56,492 nt of DNA from a virus (taxonomy: Duplodnaviria; Caudoviricetes), in IMG/VR virus record IMGVR_UViG_3300045996_001187, positions 1-56,492 of that record; one strand, written 5' to 3'. Position numbers and translations under genes: made by a program. Shown here in pieces: positions 36,252 to 45,981 of this stretch (position 1 is its first letter; each line of letters starts with the position of its first letter). The notes under the pieces were generated by a model. It had not been told where the DNA came from. It was given only the letters and a program-made list of their open reading frames with translations, and ran no database searches.

Positions 36252-36660
36252 CAGAACCTCCGGTTCCTTCCCCCACCACAGCCAGGAGCGCCGTGAGGAG
36301 TTGTTCGGGTGTGGCAAGCAGTGCGGTTGCAGCTATTTCAATTGGCGACATATCTTCGTGAAAAAGATGGCCTAGCAGATTAAAGGCAAAACAACTCCAT
36401 TCGTCGGAGTAAAAGCAATTTGGCCCAGACCCCAACCACTTCTCCATCAGCCGGTGGGCGTCGTTGTAGTTGAAGGGGTTGTAATCGGTAGCCGAGGGAG
36501 TCAGCAAGCAATTCCCGTCATCGACAAGCGTATTTGGCCCGATCAGCGACAAGTCGTGCCCTGACTTACGCCATACCATCACATCGAGCAGTTCCTTTCC
36601 ATCCAGTTCAGTTGCCACCTGTCGCAGCAGGGGCAGGTTGAGTTCAGGTGGTTGTGTCAT
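36244..36660 (-). CDS. Hypothetical phage protein
   Basis: GGAG SD; 138 aa. Confidence 0.6.
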   Translation of the reverse strand: MTQPPELNLPLLRQVATELDGKELLDVMVWRKSGHDLSLIGPNTLVDDGNCLLTPSATDYNPFNYNDAHRLMEKWLGSGPNCFYSDEWSCFAFNLLGHLFHEDMSPIEIAATALLATPEQLLTALLAVVGEGTGGSDG

Positions 36661-36687
36661 TGTTGCTCCAGAAGTTGATTAGATTTC

Positions 36688-37122
36688 CTAGCAGCCTTTG
36701 CGCTTGAAAAACTCTTGAAAGTGCATCCAGCCTTGCGCTGTGTAAAATCCCCATTCGCGTTTCCTGCCTGTCACCCAGACCAAACTAAGCGACTCCCCGC
36801 CGTTGATGGTCTCGACACGATGGGCGTACTTCGCAGGTCGCCATAGCGGAACCAGCGGCCAGCGGCGGAAGCGTCCCCGTTCGGTTTGCTCGATGTACCC
36901 CGGCCATATTGGAATGGTTAGGAAACTCCAGGGGTGGTCATGCAGCTCACGGTCTGCATCAGGCCGGTGGAAGATATGCAGGTAAAGGTTTCCGAATCGC
37001 TCCGACCTAAACAGAAAATAGCGAGTCAGTAAACAACTGTCCTGCGTCCCATCGGCCTCACAGCCCAAAATATACCGGCGCTCGATTTTCAGGCGGTCCA
37101 TCAGGTTTTCGACAAGTCTCAT
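36688..37122 (-). CDS. Cupin-fold phage protein
   Basis: LHIFHRPD...LHDHPW...HRV...REWGF. Confidence 0.8.
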   Translation of the reverse strand: MRLVENLMDRLKIERRYILGCEADGTQDSCLLTRYFLFRSERFGNLYLHIFHRPDADRELHDHPWSFLTIPIWPGYIEQTERGRFRRWPLVPLWRPAKYAHRVETINGGESLSLVWVTGRKREWGFYTAQGWMHFQEFFKRKGC

Positions 37123-37276
37123 CGTTCTCTTTCTCCTTCTCTCCCACTTCGCTCTGTGGCCTCAGAACGGGGGTGAATAGTCGTTTATTTTCGTCGCTAT
37201 GGCCCCAAATCTTGGCGCTGGGGGCGGGTTCGCTCGTTTTAGGTAGTCGTGGACCCCTGAAACGCTCTGTGGCGAT

Positions 37277-37453
37277 TTAACGCAGTTTCTGGCGGGGTCT
37301 GCGTCCGAATGTCGCCGCCCACCGGTTCTCTTCGCGCTGAGCGTCCGACATCGGTTTTTCGTCGCTCAGCTTTTTGTCCTGCGTCTCGCGGGTAACTCTG
37401 TCCTGCCGGTGCGTCTTGTCGATTGCTTTGGTCTGACTTTGTTTTCTTGGCAT
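37277..37453 (-). CDS. Small charged protein (58 aa, MPRKQSQ...)
   Basis: GAGGA SD directly after dnaB. Confidence 0.45.
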   Translation of the reverse strand: MPRKQSQTKAIDKTHRQDRVTRETQDKKLSDEKPMSDAQREENRWAATFGRRPRQKLR

Positions 37454-37462
37454 GATGGTCCT

Positions 37463-38827
37463 CTAATAATTTCGCTGTAGGTTTTCGAAGCGGGCGAACT
37501 CGCTAATAAAAACGAGCTTTGCGACTCCAGTAGGCCCGTTGCGGTTCTTGCCGAAAATAATCTCGGCGGTGTTGTCGGTATCATCTTCCACCGGCCCCCA
37601 TTGCGCGGCCTGGGGGATATGCACTTTCTTTTTGTAGTAGGCAGGGCGGTAGATGAACGAAACGATATCGGCGTCTTCTTCAATGGTGCCTGAGTCACGT
37701 AAGTCTGAAAGTACGGGCCGCTTGTCTTCGCGCTGTTCGACGGCTCGTGAAAGCTGAGAAAGGCAAAGTACCGGACACTTCATTTCCTTGGCCAGAGCTT
37801 TTAGTGACTTGCCAATTTTGGACAGCTCTTCGACTCGATTGCCCGACTTCTCGGCAGTCTTTGCGAGCTGAATGTAATCGACCACGATAAGCGCCAGGTG
37901 GCCGCGCTGCTGTGCGAGACGGCGACATTGAGCGCGCATGTCGAAGGTTGTCATCTGCGGGGTGTCGATTATTTCAAGGGGCACTCGCGTCAGGCGTTCG
38001 CTCGCGCGGTTAAAAGCGTCCCACTCGTCGTCATTCAGTGAACCGTTGGCCAGGGCGTGCGAATCAACCCTGGCTTCACTTGACAGTAACCGACGGGTCA
38101 GTTCGTCTCGGCTCATTTCAAGCGAGAAGACGGCGACCGGCTTTTGCATGTCCCATGCGACGTTATGGGCGATTTGCAGGGCCAGAGCGGTTTTGCCTTG
38201 CGAAGGGCGTGCGGCTAGGATAATCAGGTTTGCAGGCTGCAGCCCGTTGGTCAGTTGGTCGATTTCATCAAAGCCCGTTGCGACACCGTTGAACTGTCCG
38301 GGATTCTCAGCGGCCAGCACGACGCGCTGCACTTCCTTGCGCACCAGCTCGGGTAACGGTGTGAATGAGTCTCCGCCCCGACGCTCGCTCAATGCGAGCA
38401 CTTCACGCTCGGCGAAGTCCAGAATCTCTTCTTCGGTTTCGGCACCACCATAGGCCAAACCACTCACCTTATCGGCGTAGCTGATGGCTTTGCGGCGGAG
38501 CGACTTCTCCCGCACGGTTTTGGTGTAGGTGCCAATGGCAACCGACGACGGGCATTCTTCGAGGCAGGCCGACAAATACGCACTGCCGCCGATTTGCTCC
38601 AACTGCCCGCGGCGGCGTAGTTCATCAACGACCGTCGAGATATTTACATCGTCGCCCCGCTCATCGAGCGAAACCAAGGCGGAGAAAATCAGTCGGTGTC
38701 CTTCACGGTAGAAGTCGTCGGCTGTCACGATTTCAGCGGCCGCGCTTATTGCCGTGCGGCTCATCAGCATGGCACCGAGAGTACTCATTTCCGCTTCGGT
38801 CGATTGCGGCGTTACCTTCATGCTCAC
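37463..38827 (-). CDS. dnaB: Replicative DNA helicase
   Basis: AARPSQGKT, FSLEM, VDYIQL, LSQLSR and DLRDSGTIEEDAD. Confidence 0.97.
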   Translation of the reverse strand: MSMKVTPQSTEAEMSTLGAMLMSRTAISAAAEIVTADDFYREGHRLIFSALVSLDERGDDVNISTVVDELRRRGQLEQIGGSAYLSACLEECPSSVAIGTYTKTVREKSLRRKAISYADKVSGLAYGGAETEEEILDFAEREVLALSERRGGDSFTPLPELVRKEVQRVVLAAENPGQFNGVATGFDEIDQLTNGLQPANLIILAARPSQGKTALALQIAHNVAWDMQKPVAVFSLEMSRDELTRRLLSSEARVDSHALANGSLNDDEWDAFNRASERLTRVPLEIIDTPQMTTFDMRAQCRRLAQQRGHLALIVVDYIQLAKTAEKSGNRVEELSKIGKSLKALAKEMKCPVLCLSQLSRAVEQREDKRPVLSDLRDSGTIEEDADIVSFIYRPAYYKKKVHIPQAAQWGPVEDDTDNTAEIIFGKNRNGPTGVAKLVFISEFARFENLQRNY

Positions 38828-39234
38828 AGCCAGCCCCTTTCTTTGAACGCTTCGAGAGCGGCCTGTTTACCAGGTGTCAATACACCCGCCGGGACGGCGT
38901 TCTCCCGCTCGGACCTGAATCGCTTGGTCTGACGGCGGTGCAGTTCTTCGAACGCTTCGGCCTGCACGCGGGCCAGGTAACGCGTTAAGAACTCTTGCGC
39001 ATTGCGGCAACCAAGCTCCAAGCCTTCGGTACGCACGCGCTCCAGCTCTTGCGTTGGTATCGAGCGAAACGACTCCAGCCAGCCAGGGAGTATCTGCTCA
39101 GCCTGGGAGTCCGTAAGGGTGCGGCCCTGTGCGCCAAAAGCTTGCGTCATGGTCTCGAAGATTTTAGAAACCCGGTAAGGGTCGCTGTGATATTCCGCGT
39201 TGCGCTCTGCGTTTGTTTTTCTATCGCTGTTCAT
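38824..39234 (-). CDS. Putative helicase loader / replication accessory protein
   Basis: Position between initiator and dnaB only. Confidence 0.4.
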   Translation of the reverse strand: MNSDRKTNAERNAEYHSDPYRVSKIFETMTQAFGAQGRTLTDSQAEQILPGWLESFRSIPTQELERVRTEGLELGCRNAQEFLTRYLARVQAEAFEELHRRQTKRFRSERENAVPAGVLTPGKQAALEAFKERGWL

Positions 39235-40081
39235 GCTGTGCTCCCTTGCCATAGGCTCGTATCGCGGCAATGTTCAATTTGCCGTCAGCGGTTCGTATGT
39301 CACCGGGGTTGCCCGGTGGCGGTCCGGCTCGTTCGAGTAACTTGTCAATCTGAGAGCCAAGCTGCTGGGGGGTCGGTGCGTCATCCAATTTCCATGCGGT
39401 GCGGGCGTGGCGTATCTGCTCCGGGGTATAGCCGTTCTCCGCCAAGGCTTCGGCGGTGGCGGCGGCGCGGATACGAGCGCGGTTGTCCAGCGATATCAAT
39501 TTTGCGTTGAGCCCGCAGGCTTCGAGAACCGCTGAAAAATGGGCTGAGTGATAGCGTTTGTCGTCTGCACCGTCCATGTCGTAAGGTTCACGTTTTGGCT
39601 TCGATTTTGGTGGAGAATTTTCGTGTGCGCGTACACACACTGATGGTTCATATATTAAACCTGACGGTTCATCCTTATATAGGCCCTCATCCACAAAAGG
39701 GTTTTCTCCATTAGGTTTTGCATCCACAAAAGGGTTTTCTAAATTAGGTTTTACGAAAACCTTTTTCTTAAAAGGGTTTTCTCCATTAGGTTTTACGGGC
39801 TCAATCTCAGCTTTCCCACGCGAGATATGGAGCCTGTAACCGTTGGATTTCCCCCGGCCCGAATGCTGTTCTATTGTCAGAAAACCCCGGTCGGACAATC
39901 TCTTAATTACCGCCCGCGCACCACCTTCCGAAAGGTTGCACTTACGCGCGACGGTCTCAACTTTAGGCCAGCATTCGCCCTCGTCGTTGGCGAAGTCGGC
40001 AAGACAAACGAGTACTAACTTTTCGGCATGGTTCGACAGGTTTGGATTGTCCCATGCTTCGGACATTCTCTTTATGCTCAT
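39221..40081 (-). CDS. Phage replication initiator (N-terminal HTH, lambda O-like)
   Basis: KLVLVCLADFANDEGECWP...; internal iterons. Confidence 0.85.
   Translation of the reverse strand: MSIKRMSEAWDNPNLSNHAEKLVLVCLADFANDEGECWPKVETVARKCNLSEGGARAVIKRLSDRGFLTIEQHSGRGKSNGYRLHISRGKAEIEPVKPNGENPFKKKVFVKPNLENPFVDAKPNGENPFVDEGLYKDEPSGLIYEPSVCVRAHENSPPKSKPKREPYDMDGADDKRYHSAHFSAVLEACGLNAKLISLDNRARIRAAATAEALAENGYTPEQIRHARTAWKLDDAPTPQQLGSQIDKLLERAGPPPGNPGDIRTADGKLNIAAIRAYGKGAQHEQR
39695..39794. repeat. Three 25-bp iterons AAAAGGGTTTTCTMMATTAGGTTTT (lytic origin)
   Basis: Copies at 39695, 39728 and 39770 inside the initiator gene. Confidence 0.8.
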
Positions 40082-40617
40082 TGCGGCCTCACCACCTGAG
40101 ACCTCATTGCGCGCACAACGGCGTTTAAAACAACATTTATTGGAACGGCTAGGCCGTGCGTGTTATAGCCGTGGTTTTCAATAGGCGGCTTCTTATATCT
40201 CTCCATCCATGCCGCACCACTCTGCATCCACGCCAGCCGTAGCGGTACCCACGGAAGGAAGAAGCATATATCGTGCTTTATGAAGCCATAAGCAATGAAG
40301 TCGCAGGCCAGACTCTTATTAATCCAACCGGGAGCCCGGGTGGTATCCGCAGAAGAATATTCAATAAAGAAATTATTCGGTTCGTGGTAATCACCTTTTT
40401 CATCGACTCTCCACTCTTTGTCAATCCCATCAAAAACCACCGCATCAACTCCCCGGCGCTGCGCAACATTGTCAGCAGAATTACGCAGGACGTTAACCAT
40501 ATCAGGCCACTGGCGGCGATAGTGGCGGAGCCAGAACTCTTGAACTTCTGGACTCTCGCTCATACGCAGGTCGTTTGAGAAGTTACGCACGGTCCGCACC
40601 TCCTCGCACGGCTGCAT
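40078..40617 (-). CDS. PD-(D/E)XK-like nuclease-fold protein
   Basis: Q.RGVD...VDEK...NFFIE...PGW...CDFIAY. Confidence 0.65.
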   Translation of the reverse strand: MQPCEEVRTVRNFSNDLRMSESPEVQEFWLRHYRRQWPDMVNVLRNSADNVAQRRGVDAVVFDGIDKEWRVDEKGDYHEPNNFFIEYSSADTTRAPGWINKSLACDFIAYGFIKHDICFFLPWVPLRLAWMQSGAAWMERYKKPPIENHGYNTHGLAVPINVVLNAVVRAMRSQVVRPQ

Positions 40618-41704
40618 AGGTGTCCCCTAGCCCTTCGAATACGTCAGCCAGTAGTTCGGCTTCAACGCCAAGCGCGACGACAACTGACGGGAAGGTGGCG
40701 CTGTTGCCGTTCTCGCCTGGGCCACCGAATTTCAACCGACCATGCAGGAAACAACGAGGGTATTCTCGCAGCGCCCTAAACCAGGTTGTGTCAGTTCTCG
40801 CAGGAAGTAAGGCGACAGCCTGGGTAGTGCGCCCCGCATAGAACTCTTCAACGAGCTTGCGCGCCCACTCCCCGATAACGTCACCGTATGGCGGGTTCAT
40901 ATACACGCGCCCGTGCCATTCTTTAAGTAAGCCACTATCTTCTGCGGTGCATATCTCGGCGGCTTTCACAACGGCGTTGGCGGCGATAGAAGTGCAGGGG
41001 TCTATATCTATATTCCCGAGAAGAGAGTGAATGCGCTCCATGATATGAGGCGGCGTGTACCACTCGAAGCTATCGCTCGTCATCATCGGTGCCAAGCGGT
41101 TAGCGTTGCTTGCGTATAGAGTTTTGTTGGCTTCATGAATGACTTCACCGGCGGTGGTGGTATCGCCCTTACCCGTTTCCCATCCTGAAATCTCCAGGCA
41201 TTTCACGGCGGCGTCGGCTTGCTGGGGGGACGTGGCGATAATGGTTTTAGGTGCGCGCTGGGCAGGGCGTGACCTTCCATCGGCACCAACGGTTTTATCC
41301 AACTGGGCAATAATGCCCAGTTGCTCCAACTTCTCTCGGACCGCGCCAACCGTGTGATGACTCACGCCCACAACGTCAGCTATTCGCCTATTACTCCAAT
41401 TCGCAGCCTGCTGTACAAGCTTCTCAAGCTGAGAGTCAAACTGTTTTGCGGTCATGTGCCGTCGTAACGAATTTAACTTTTGCAGATGCTCGTACTTTTC
41501 TTCTTCGGTCAAGCCGGCGCGAATCGTGACCGGGTACTCTTTAATGCCTAGTTCGACGCAAATCTTTTCTCTGTGGTGTCCGTCCAGCGTGTTGCCCTGT
41601 TCATCACGTTCAATGGGCACGAGAACGCCGCGTGCGGCTATATCAGCCTTTAGGGCCTCGTAGGTAAGCGGGTCCATCGGGTCAAACTCTTGGTATTTAC
41701 TCAT
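40583..41704 (-). CDS. ParB-N domain fused to a phage Dam-type N6-adenine methyltransferase
   Basis: LDGHHR; EWYTP, DIDPC, MNPPY and LLPARTDT. Confidence 0.88.
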   Translation of the reverse strand: MSKYQEFDPMDPLTYEALKADIAARGVLVPIERDEQGNTLDGHHREKICVELGIKEYPVTIRAGLTEEEKYEHLQKLNSLRRHMTAKQFDSQLEKLVQQAANWSNRRIADVVGVSHHTVGAVREKLEQLGIIAQLDKTVGADGRSRPAQRAPKTIIATSPQQADAAVKCLEISGWETGKGDTTTAGEVIHEANKTLYASNANRLAPMMTSDSFEWYTPPHIMERIHSLLGNIDIDPCTSIAANAVVKAAEICTAEDSGLLKEWHGRVYMNPPYGDVIGEWARKLVEEFYAGRTTQAVALLPARTDTTWFRALREYPRCFLHGRLKFGGPGENGNSATFPSVVVALGVEAELLADVFEGLGDTYAAVRGGADRA

Positions 41705-42284
41705 CTTTGTATTCCCTCGCATTTTTGCGTATAAAATCAAGTAACTTGTCTGATTCACTAAACCATTCGCCATGGTCTCGCTGGTCATGAAACATAATAT
41801 GAATATTACGCTCATCCTGATGAGTCCCTTCGCGAATGCCAAGTAGCTTTAACTGGAAAGGGCACATAGCCTGAATAGTCTCAAGGCGCGCGTGAACGTT
41901 GGTTGCGAAGCCAATCTTTACAGGGCCACCAAGGACGCTTTGGAAGAAGTAGATATACCCCATCCGAGGGCCGGTTTTTTGTAACACTGCGTCGAAAGGA
42001 TTTCCCTCTGAGGGCTCGCACTCATATACCCGCCAATCGTTTGGCTGTGGCTGCACCTTCTCGGAGGTCCAACAATATGAAACGTGATGTTTGTGAACTG
42101 GCCTTTTTGTGTAAACCTGCTCACCGCCACCTATCACGCGGCAATACCAATACGTGGAATCCTCGTATGGCATCAACGTGACAAGCTTCTCTGAGGAAAA
42201 AGCTTCATACCGGAAACCTTGAATTAGATTGTCTGGCGTTACGCCTTCTGAGGCCACTCGTTCTTGTAAATCTTCTAATGTCAT
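41697..42284 (-). CDS. Protein with a C-terminal GIY-YIG (T5orf172-like) domain
   Basis: GYIYFF...VKIGF...ARL..IQ...E..IH..F...GEWF. Confidence 0.8.
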   Translation of the reverse strand: MTLEDLQERVASEGVTPDNLIQGFRYEAFSSEKLVTLMPYEDSTYWYCRVIGGGEQVYTKRPVHKHHVSYCWTSEKVQPQPNDWRVYECEPSEGNPFDAVLQKTGPRMGYIYFFQSVLGGPVKIGFATNVHARLETIQAMCPFQLKLLGIREGTHQDERNIHIMFHDQRDHGEWFSESDKLLDFIRKNAREYKDE

Positions 42285-42649
42285 TAGTCATTCCTTCTAT
42301 GTCTGCTTTTCATCCATCCAAGGGCGTGCGCTTCGCCAGGGTGCCCATGCATCCATTCGTGACAGTAGGCGCATACCGCTAAAAAGTCGCTGTCGTCCAG
42401 CAGGGCGTCTCCGTCACGACCCCGCGCATGATGAATCTGTGTAGCAGGTGTGACGACGCCCAAAGACTCACACCGCACGCAATTCGGGTTAGCTTCTAAG
42501 TGCATAGCACGGCGGGCCGAATACTCCCGATTAGCCGCCGCCTGTTTCTTTGAAACCTTGCGGAGCGGAGAACGGGGTTTAGGGTTGTCGCGTTGCTTTT
42601 GGCGGCTACGCTGCTGCCATTGCCGCAACTTTTCGGGGTCTCGATTCAT
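42284..42649 (-). CDS. HNH endonuclease-like protein
   Basis: CVRC...IHH...LAVCAYCHEWMH. Confidence 0.8.
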   Translation of the reverse strand: MNRDPEKLRQWQQRSRQKQRDNPKPRSPLRKVSKKQAAANREYSARRAMHLEANPNCVRCESLGVVTPATQIHHARGRDGDALLDDSDFLAVCAYCHEWMHGHPGEAHALGWMKSRHRRND

Positions 42650-42662
42650 GGGATTTATGTGT

Positions 42663-42719
42663 TGTAATGTTTCATTACAGTTTACCGTTATCTTGCCTAT
42701 ATTGCAATTATTCATTACA
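42663..42719. promoter_or_regulatory. Two operator-like palindromes TGYAATK-N3-CATTACA in a divergent spacer
   Basis: 42663-42679 is perfect and 42703-42719 imperfect; 40-bp spacing. Confidence 0.65.
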
Positions 42720-42751
42720 CTTAGGCGCGATATATTTTCTGGTGAAAAATC

Positions 42752-42937
42752 ATGGCAAACCGCAAGAAACCCGAAGGCAAAAAACTCAGCACTCCTATTC
42801 AGCTTCGCGTGCAAGAGCAGTTGCGCGACGACCTGAATGCTCTCGCCGAAGAGACGGGCGTTTCGACTTCGGAGCGGGCACGTCAATGCTTGGAGCAGGT
42901 TGTGGCCGACTGGCGAGCGGGCAAGCTGAAAGAATAG
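42752..42937 (+). CDS. Ribbon-helix-helix (CopG/Arc-like) regulator
   Basis: IQLRV...LNALAEETGVSTSERARQCL. Confidence 0.75.
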   Translation: MANRKKPEGKKLSTPIQLRVQEQLRDDLNALAEETGVSTSERARQCLEQVVADWRAGKLKE

Positions 42938-43103
42938 GACCACCGTCAGCAGCACGAGCCGCCCCCATATCGGGAGCGGCTTTTTCTTTAGGTGCCCATA
43001 CTGCCCTGACTTGCTCCCATGTATACGGCTGCGAGTATTCAGGGTCTCTGTCCGGGTCCGGAGCGTAATTCAAGGCGTCTTCATCTTCGAAGTATCTACC
43101 CAT
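42795..43103 (-). CDS. Hypothetical protein (3' part overlaps the RHH gene antisense)
   Basis: GGAGG SD before MGRYF. Confidence 0.4.
   Translation of the reverse strand: MGRYFEDEDALNYAPDPDRDPEYSQPYTWEQVRAVWAPKEKAAPDMGAARAADGGPILSACPLASRPQPAPSIDVPAPKSKRPSLRREHSGRRATALAREAE
42956..42989 (+). terminator. Intrinsic terminator after the RHH gene
   Basis: GAGCCGC...GCGGCTT followed by a T-rich tract. Confidence 0.6.
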
Positions 43104-43302
43104 GCGTTTCCTCCAAATACTTCTGATACTGCTCAGCCCATTCGGCATCGAAACACTCATGACGTGTGTGTAGTCCGTGCATAAGGCAACGCCCCGGCAT
43201 GCAGCACTCCCATTCATCCTCGTCGTCTAAGGTCCGGTCAAAGTACTCTGTATCGTCAAATCCATCGTCATCGTTCTCGTCATCGTACCAATCGGTGCCC
43301 AT
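43096..43302 (-). CDS. Small acidic Cys/His protein
   Basis: GAGGTGA SD. Confidence 0.6.
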   Translation of the reverse strand: MGTDWYDDENDDDGFDDTEYFDRTLDDEDEWECCMPGRCLMHGLHTRHECFDAEWAEQYQKYLEETHG

Positions 43303-43380
43303 ACATCACCTCGTAAAAGCCGTGTTTCCTGCCTCTTCTAGACAACCGTAGTCTGCGAACGCCTGCTGAACGTACCGTTA

Positions 43381-44100
43381 CTATTGCGGGGCATCGGAGG
43401 CCACATGGTCCGGCAACATTGCGCGAAGACGGTCAATCAATGCGCTTGCCTCGGATTTCGAAAGCTGCGTAATGGGCTTATCCAGTAGCTTCGCCATTTC
43501 TTCACGGCTATTACGCCCGAACACTTTGTTTGCAATCGCGACAAGTGCCCCGCGTTGAGCCTCGGTGAGTAGATTACCGCTGTGTTCCTGCCTGGGACGC
43601 TGGGAGCCATTCTGGTGCACTGTAGGCTGCCGTGGCGCTCCCTGTGACTGTGGGGCGTCTAGGTGGGCGCGGTCTGTTGATTCGTCGGCTTCCGGGTCGT
43701 CGCCGGTGCTGATATTAAGTGCGAGCATCCACGCGTACTTAATCGCCATCGTCTGAGCTTTGGCGACAGCCTTATCGCCGGGGTCCGCGCCCTGCCCGAG
43801 CGCAGAGACCGTTAGGCGCTCCCCGCTTGGCGCGTGAACCAGCGTCATAGTCACCCGTACGGTCGCCAGGTTGGTTTGACCGTTGCGCGTCGGGACTTGG
43901 ATGCAATCGAGCAAGTCTGCACTCGGAAAGCTCGCCACGCTGTTTTCGCAAGCGGCGGCGTTCACATGACGCAGGACATCGGCGGCGCTCGCGTAGTTGT
44001 AGCCTTGCGATTGGTTTCGACCACCCTTATAAACATAACTGCAAGCGTCCTGCATCTTGACAAGCGCCGCAGCTAAGTTGCTTTGATTCTGTTCACTCAT
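43381..44100 (-). CDS. erf: ERF family single-strand annealing recombinase
   Basis: YNYAS..DV...DKAVAKAQTMAIKY...GDDPEAD. Confidence 0.88.
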   Translation of the reverse strand: MSEQNQSNLAAALVKMQDACSYVYKGGRNQSQGYNYASAADVLRHVNAAACENSVASFPSADLLDCIQVPTRNGQTNLATVRVTMTLVHAPSGERLTVSALGQGADPGDKAVAKAQTMAIKYAWMLALNISTGDDPEADESTDRAHLDAPQSQGAPRQPTVHQNGSQRPRQEHSGNLLTEAQRGALVAIANKVFGRNSREEMAKLLDKPITQLSKSEASALIDRLRAMLPDHVASDAPQ

Positions 44101-44157
44101 AAATAAATCCTCTGCCTCTCCCCCTGCCCCACCACGACGGCGAGTAGGGAGAGAGAA

Positions 44158-44574
44158 TTAGGCGGCCTTTATCTCCAAACTATCAAGTCGGTCCGAATAA
44201 GCCGAAACCAGCGACCAGCACTTGGCAAGGTGTGTTTTCAGACTGTTAGCAACTTTTTGATAGTGAAGTGCATTCACAGCGAAGTCATCGTCAAGACTGC
44301 CGAGAATGTCCTGCTTCTGACTTTGGAGGGCGTTGGCTCGATCAACTGCCTTGCGCGCATCGAGCATCTTCTCGTACAGCTTAGGTGGGCAGTAGCGGTC
44401 CTTAACCGAGCCCCATAGTGCGTTAAGGCGGTCTATTTTGTCGGACGAGAATGCACAGTCCTTTTTGATGGTATCTGCGGTCCATTCGGGGTCGAGCTCC
44501 GTGTGTCCTTCTGGAGCGTCAAAGAATGTTATTTGGTCTTTACTTGGCCCTCTTTTTTTGGTTATTGCTGTCAT
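44158..44574 (-). CDS. Hypothetical protein
   Basis: GGAGG SD. Confidence 0.6.
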   Translation of the reverse strand: MTAITKKRGPSKDQITFFDAPEGHTELDPEWTADTIKKDCAFSSDKIDRLNALWGSVKDRYCPPKLYEKMLDARKAVDRANALQSQKQDILGSLDDDFAVNALHYQKVANSLKTHLAKCWSLVSAYSDRLDSLEIKAA

Positions 44575-44589
44575 GGCTCGCCTCCGTAG

Positions 44590-44874
44590 TCATTTTCTGG
44601 TTCTGGGACCAAATTGGCCCCGCTTCCCCTCCGGCAGACGATATATGCTGCCTGGGCCGTAGCGCGTACGAACTTCGTTCATCAGCGCAGCGCGTTGTGA
44701 CTCAAGGTACCTGTCCCTAAGTGACAATGGGTCATCCTTCCCGGCTCTCTCACTCGGCCTCTCGTTTCCTCTACCTGCGGCAATTAATTCGTCACAGAGC
44801 CTTGACTGATCGGCCACAACTTTATCAAGAGCGCGGTTAATTTCTCGTGCCGACATTTGCGATACGTCTTTCAC
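44590..44874 (-). CDS. Hypothetical phage protein (LIAAGRG.ERPSE type)
   Basis: GTGA coupling. Confidence 0.6.
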   Translation of the reverse strand: MKDVSQMSAREINRALDKVVADQSRLCDELIAAGRGNERPSERAGKDDPLSLRDRYLESQRAALMNEVRTRYGPGSIYRLPEGKRGQFGPRTRK

Positions 44875-45107
44875 GCCGCCACCCCCAATTCATCCTCACC
44901 ATCGGAATCACGCGTAAATCCTGTCCACAGATACGGACACTCAATAGTGTGTGGCCCCTTATCTCGCGCCCTGAGCCAGCGTAGCGCCCTGTAGACGGCA
45001 AAGAGGAAGACGAGGGCAATAATCACGCTCATGGTGTCCCAAGCCATTTGTGCGGCGTGGGCGTCGGCTTGGATTTGGGCTAGTTGTCTGTCTAGTTGGG
45101 TGTTCAT
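44871..45107 (-). CDS. Small single-TM protein
   Basis: ATGA coupling; VIIALVFLFAVY. Confidence 0.55.
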   Translation of the reverse strand: MNTQLDRQLAQIQADAHAAQMAWDTMSVIIALVFLFAVYRALRWLRARDKGPHTIECPYLWTGFTRDSDGEDELGVAA

Positions 45108-45781
45108 GGGGTTGTTGTCTCCATGGCAGCGGTAAGTTGTGAGCCGGTAAGGTGCTGCATCAACTGCCTGCCTATAAATTCGGTGTACGCCGGTGGGATG
45201 GCTTGTGCGAGCTCCTTGCGTGTCATCCAGTCGATGTCCATAGCATCCGGCCAATACTCCGCGCCTTTGCCGCCACCGCTTCCAAAAACATGGACGGTGC
45301 CGGTGTCGAACCATTTGCCATGATCGTAGATCTGGAAACATTTATCGGCATCCTGCCACTCGTGCCGGCAATTCGGAGCCGTGAGCGGGAAGTTGCTTTC
45401 AAATAAACGGTGGCGCCGGACCCTTAAGCCGAACATCGAACCGCACAACGTGACTGGTTGAATGAGAGGTGAACCGATCACGTTTTCGATGACGAATAGC
45501 TTGCCGGACTTTTCGAGCCAAAAGCGTGTCGGGCCGACGTAATCCCGATGTTTACTCTTGTCCCGCGTTTTACTTGAAAAGACCTGACATGGCGGGCTCG
45601 CGTGAATGGCATCAAACAAGTGCCCGAACTCACGCACGTATTCCAGCGCGTCTCCCTGCACAAACTCGAAGGGATAGCGCGGCTGCGGCTGAATATCAAC
45701 GCCCACTATTTCAGTGAACCCGGCTCTATGGTAGCCCATCGCAGCGCCACCGGCACAGCAGTAAAGGTCAAGTAATCTCAC
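45104..45781 (-). CDS. DNA cytosine-5 methyltransferase (short phage type)
   Basis: LDLYCCAGG, ASPPCQ, IENV, RRHRLFE and AIPPAY. Confidence 0.88.
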   Translation of the reverse strand: MRLLDLYCCAGGAAMGYHRAGFTEIVGVDIQPQPRYPFEFVQGDALEYVREFGHLFDAIHASPPCQVFSSKTRDKSKHRDYVGPTRFWLEKSGKLFVIENVIGSPLIQPVTLCGSMFGLRVRRHRLFESNFPLTAPNCRHEWQDADKCFQIYDHGKWFDTGTVHVFGSGGGKGAEYWPDAMDIDWMTRKELAQAIPPAYTEFIGRQLMQHLTGSQLTAAMETTTP

Positions 45782-45981
45782 GTTGTTGTCTCCGATTCTT
45801 GCGCCTCTCTCGCTCGCGCAGCACTGCGTTCAATTGAAATTTTCTGTTCATCCTTGCAGTCGCCGCACAGGTATTTGACACACTTCCGGGAGCCAGCGAT
45901 GGACCAGCCCTGCGGCATGCCTGACGACTTGGCGAAGGTCTCGCAGCGAGCACAGGTCCACCAAACGGCGCGGCGGCTCAT
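45778..45981 (-). CDS. Small zinc-finger protein
   Basis: CARC...LCGDC. Confidence 0.6.
   Translation of the reverse strand: MSRRAVWWTCARCETFAKSSGMPQGWSIAGSRKCVKYLCGDCKDEQKISIERSAARAREAQESETTT

Noticed and set aside
37150-37273. 11-bp direct repeat CGCTCTGTGGC as another gene cassette boundary
   Set aside because: It flanks only ~100 bp with no convincing ORF
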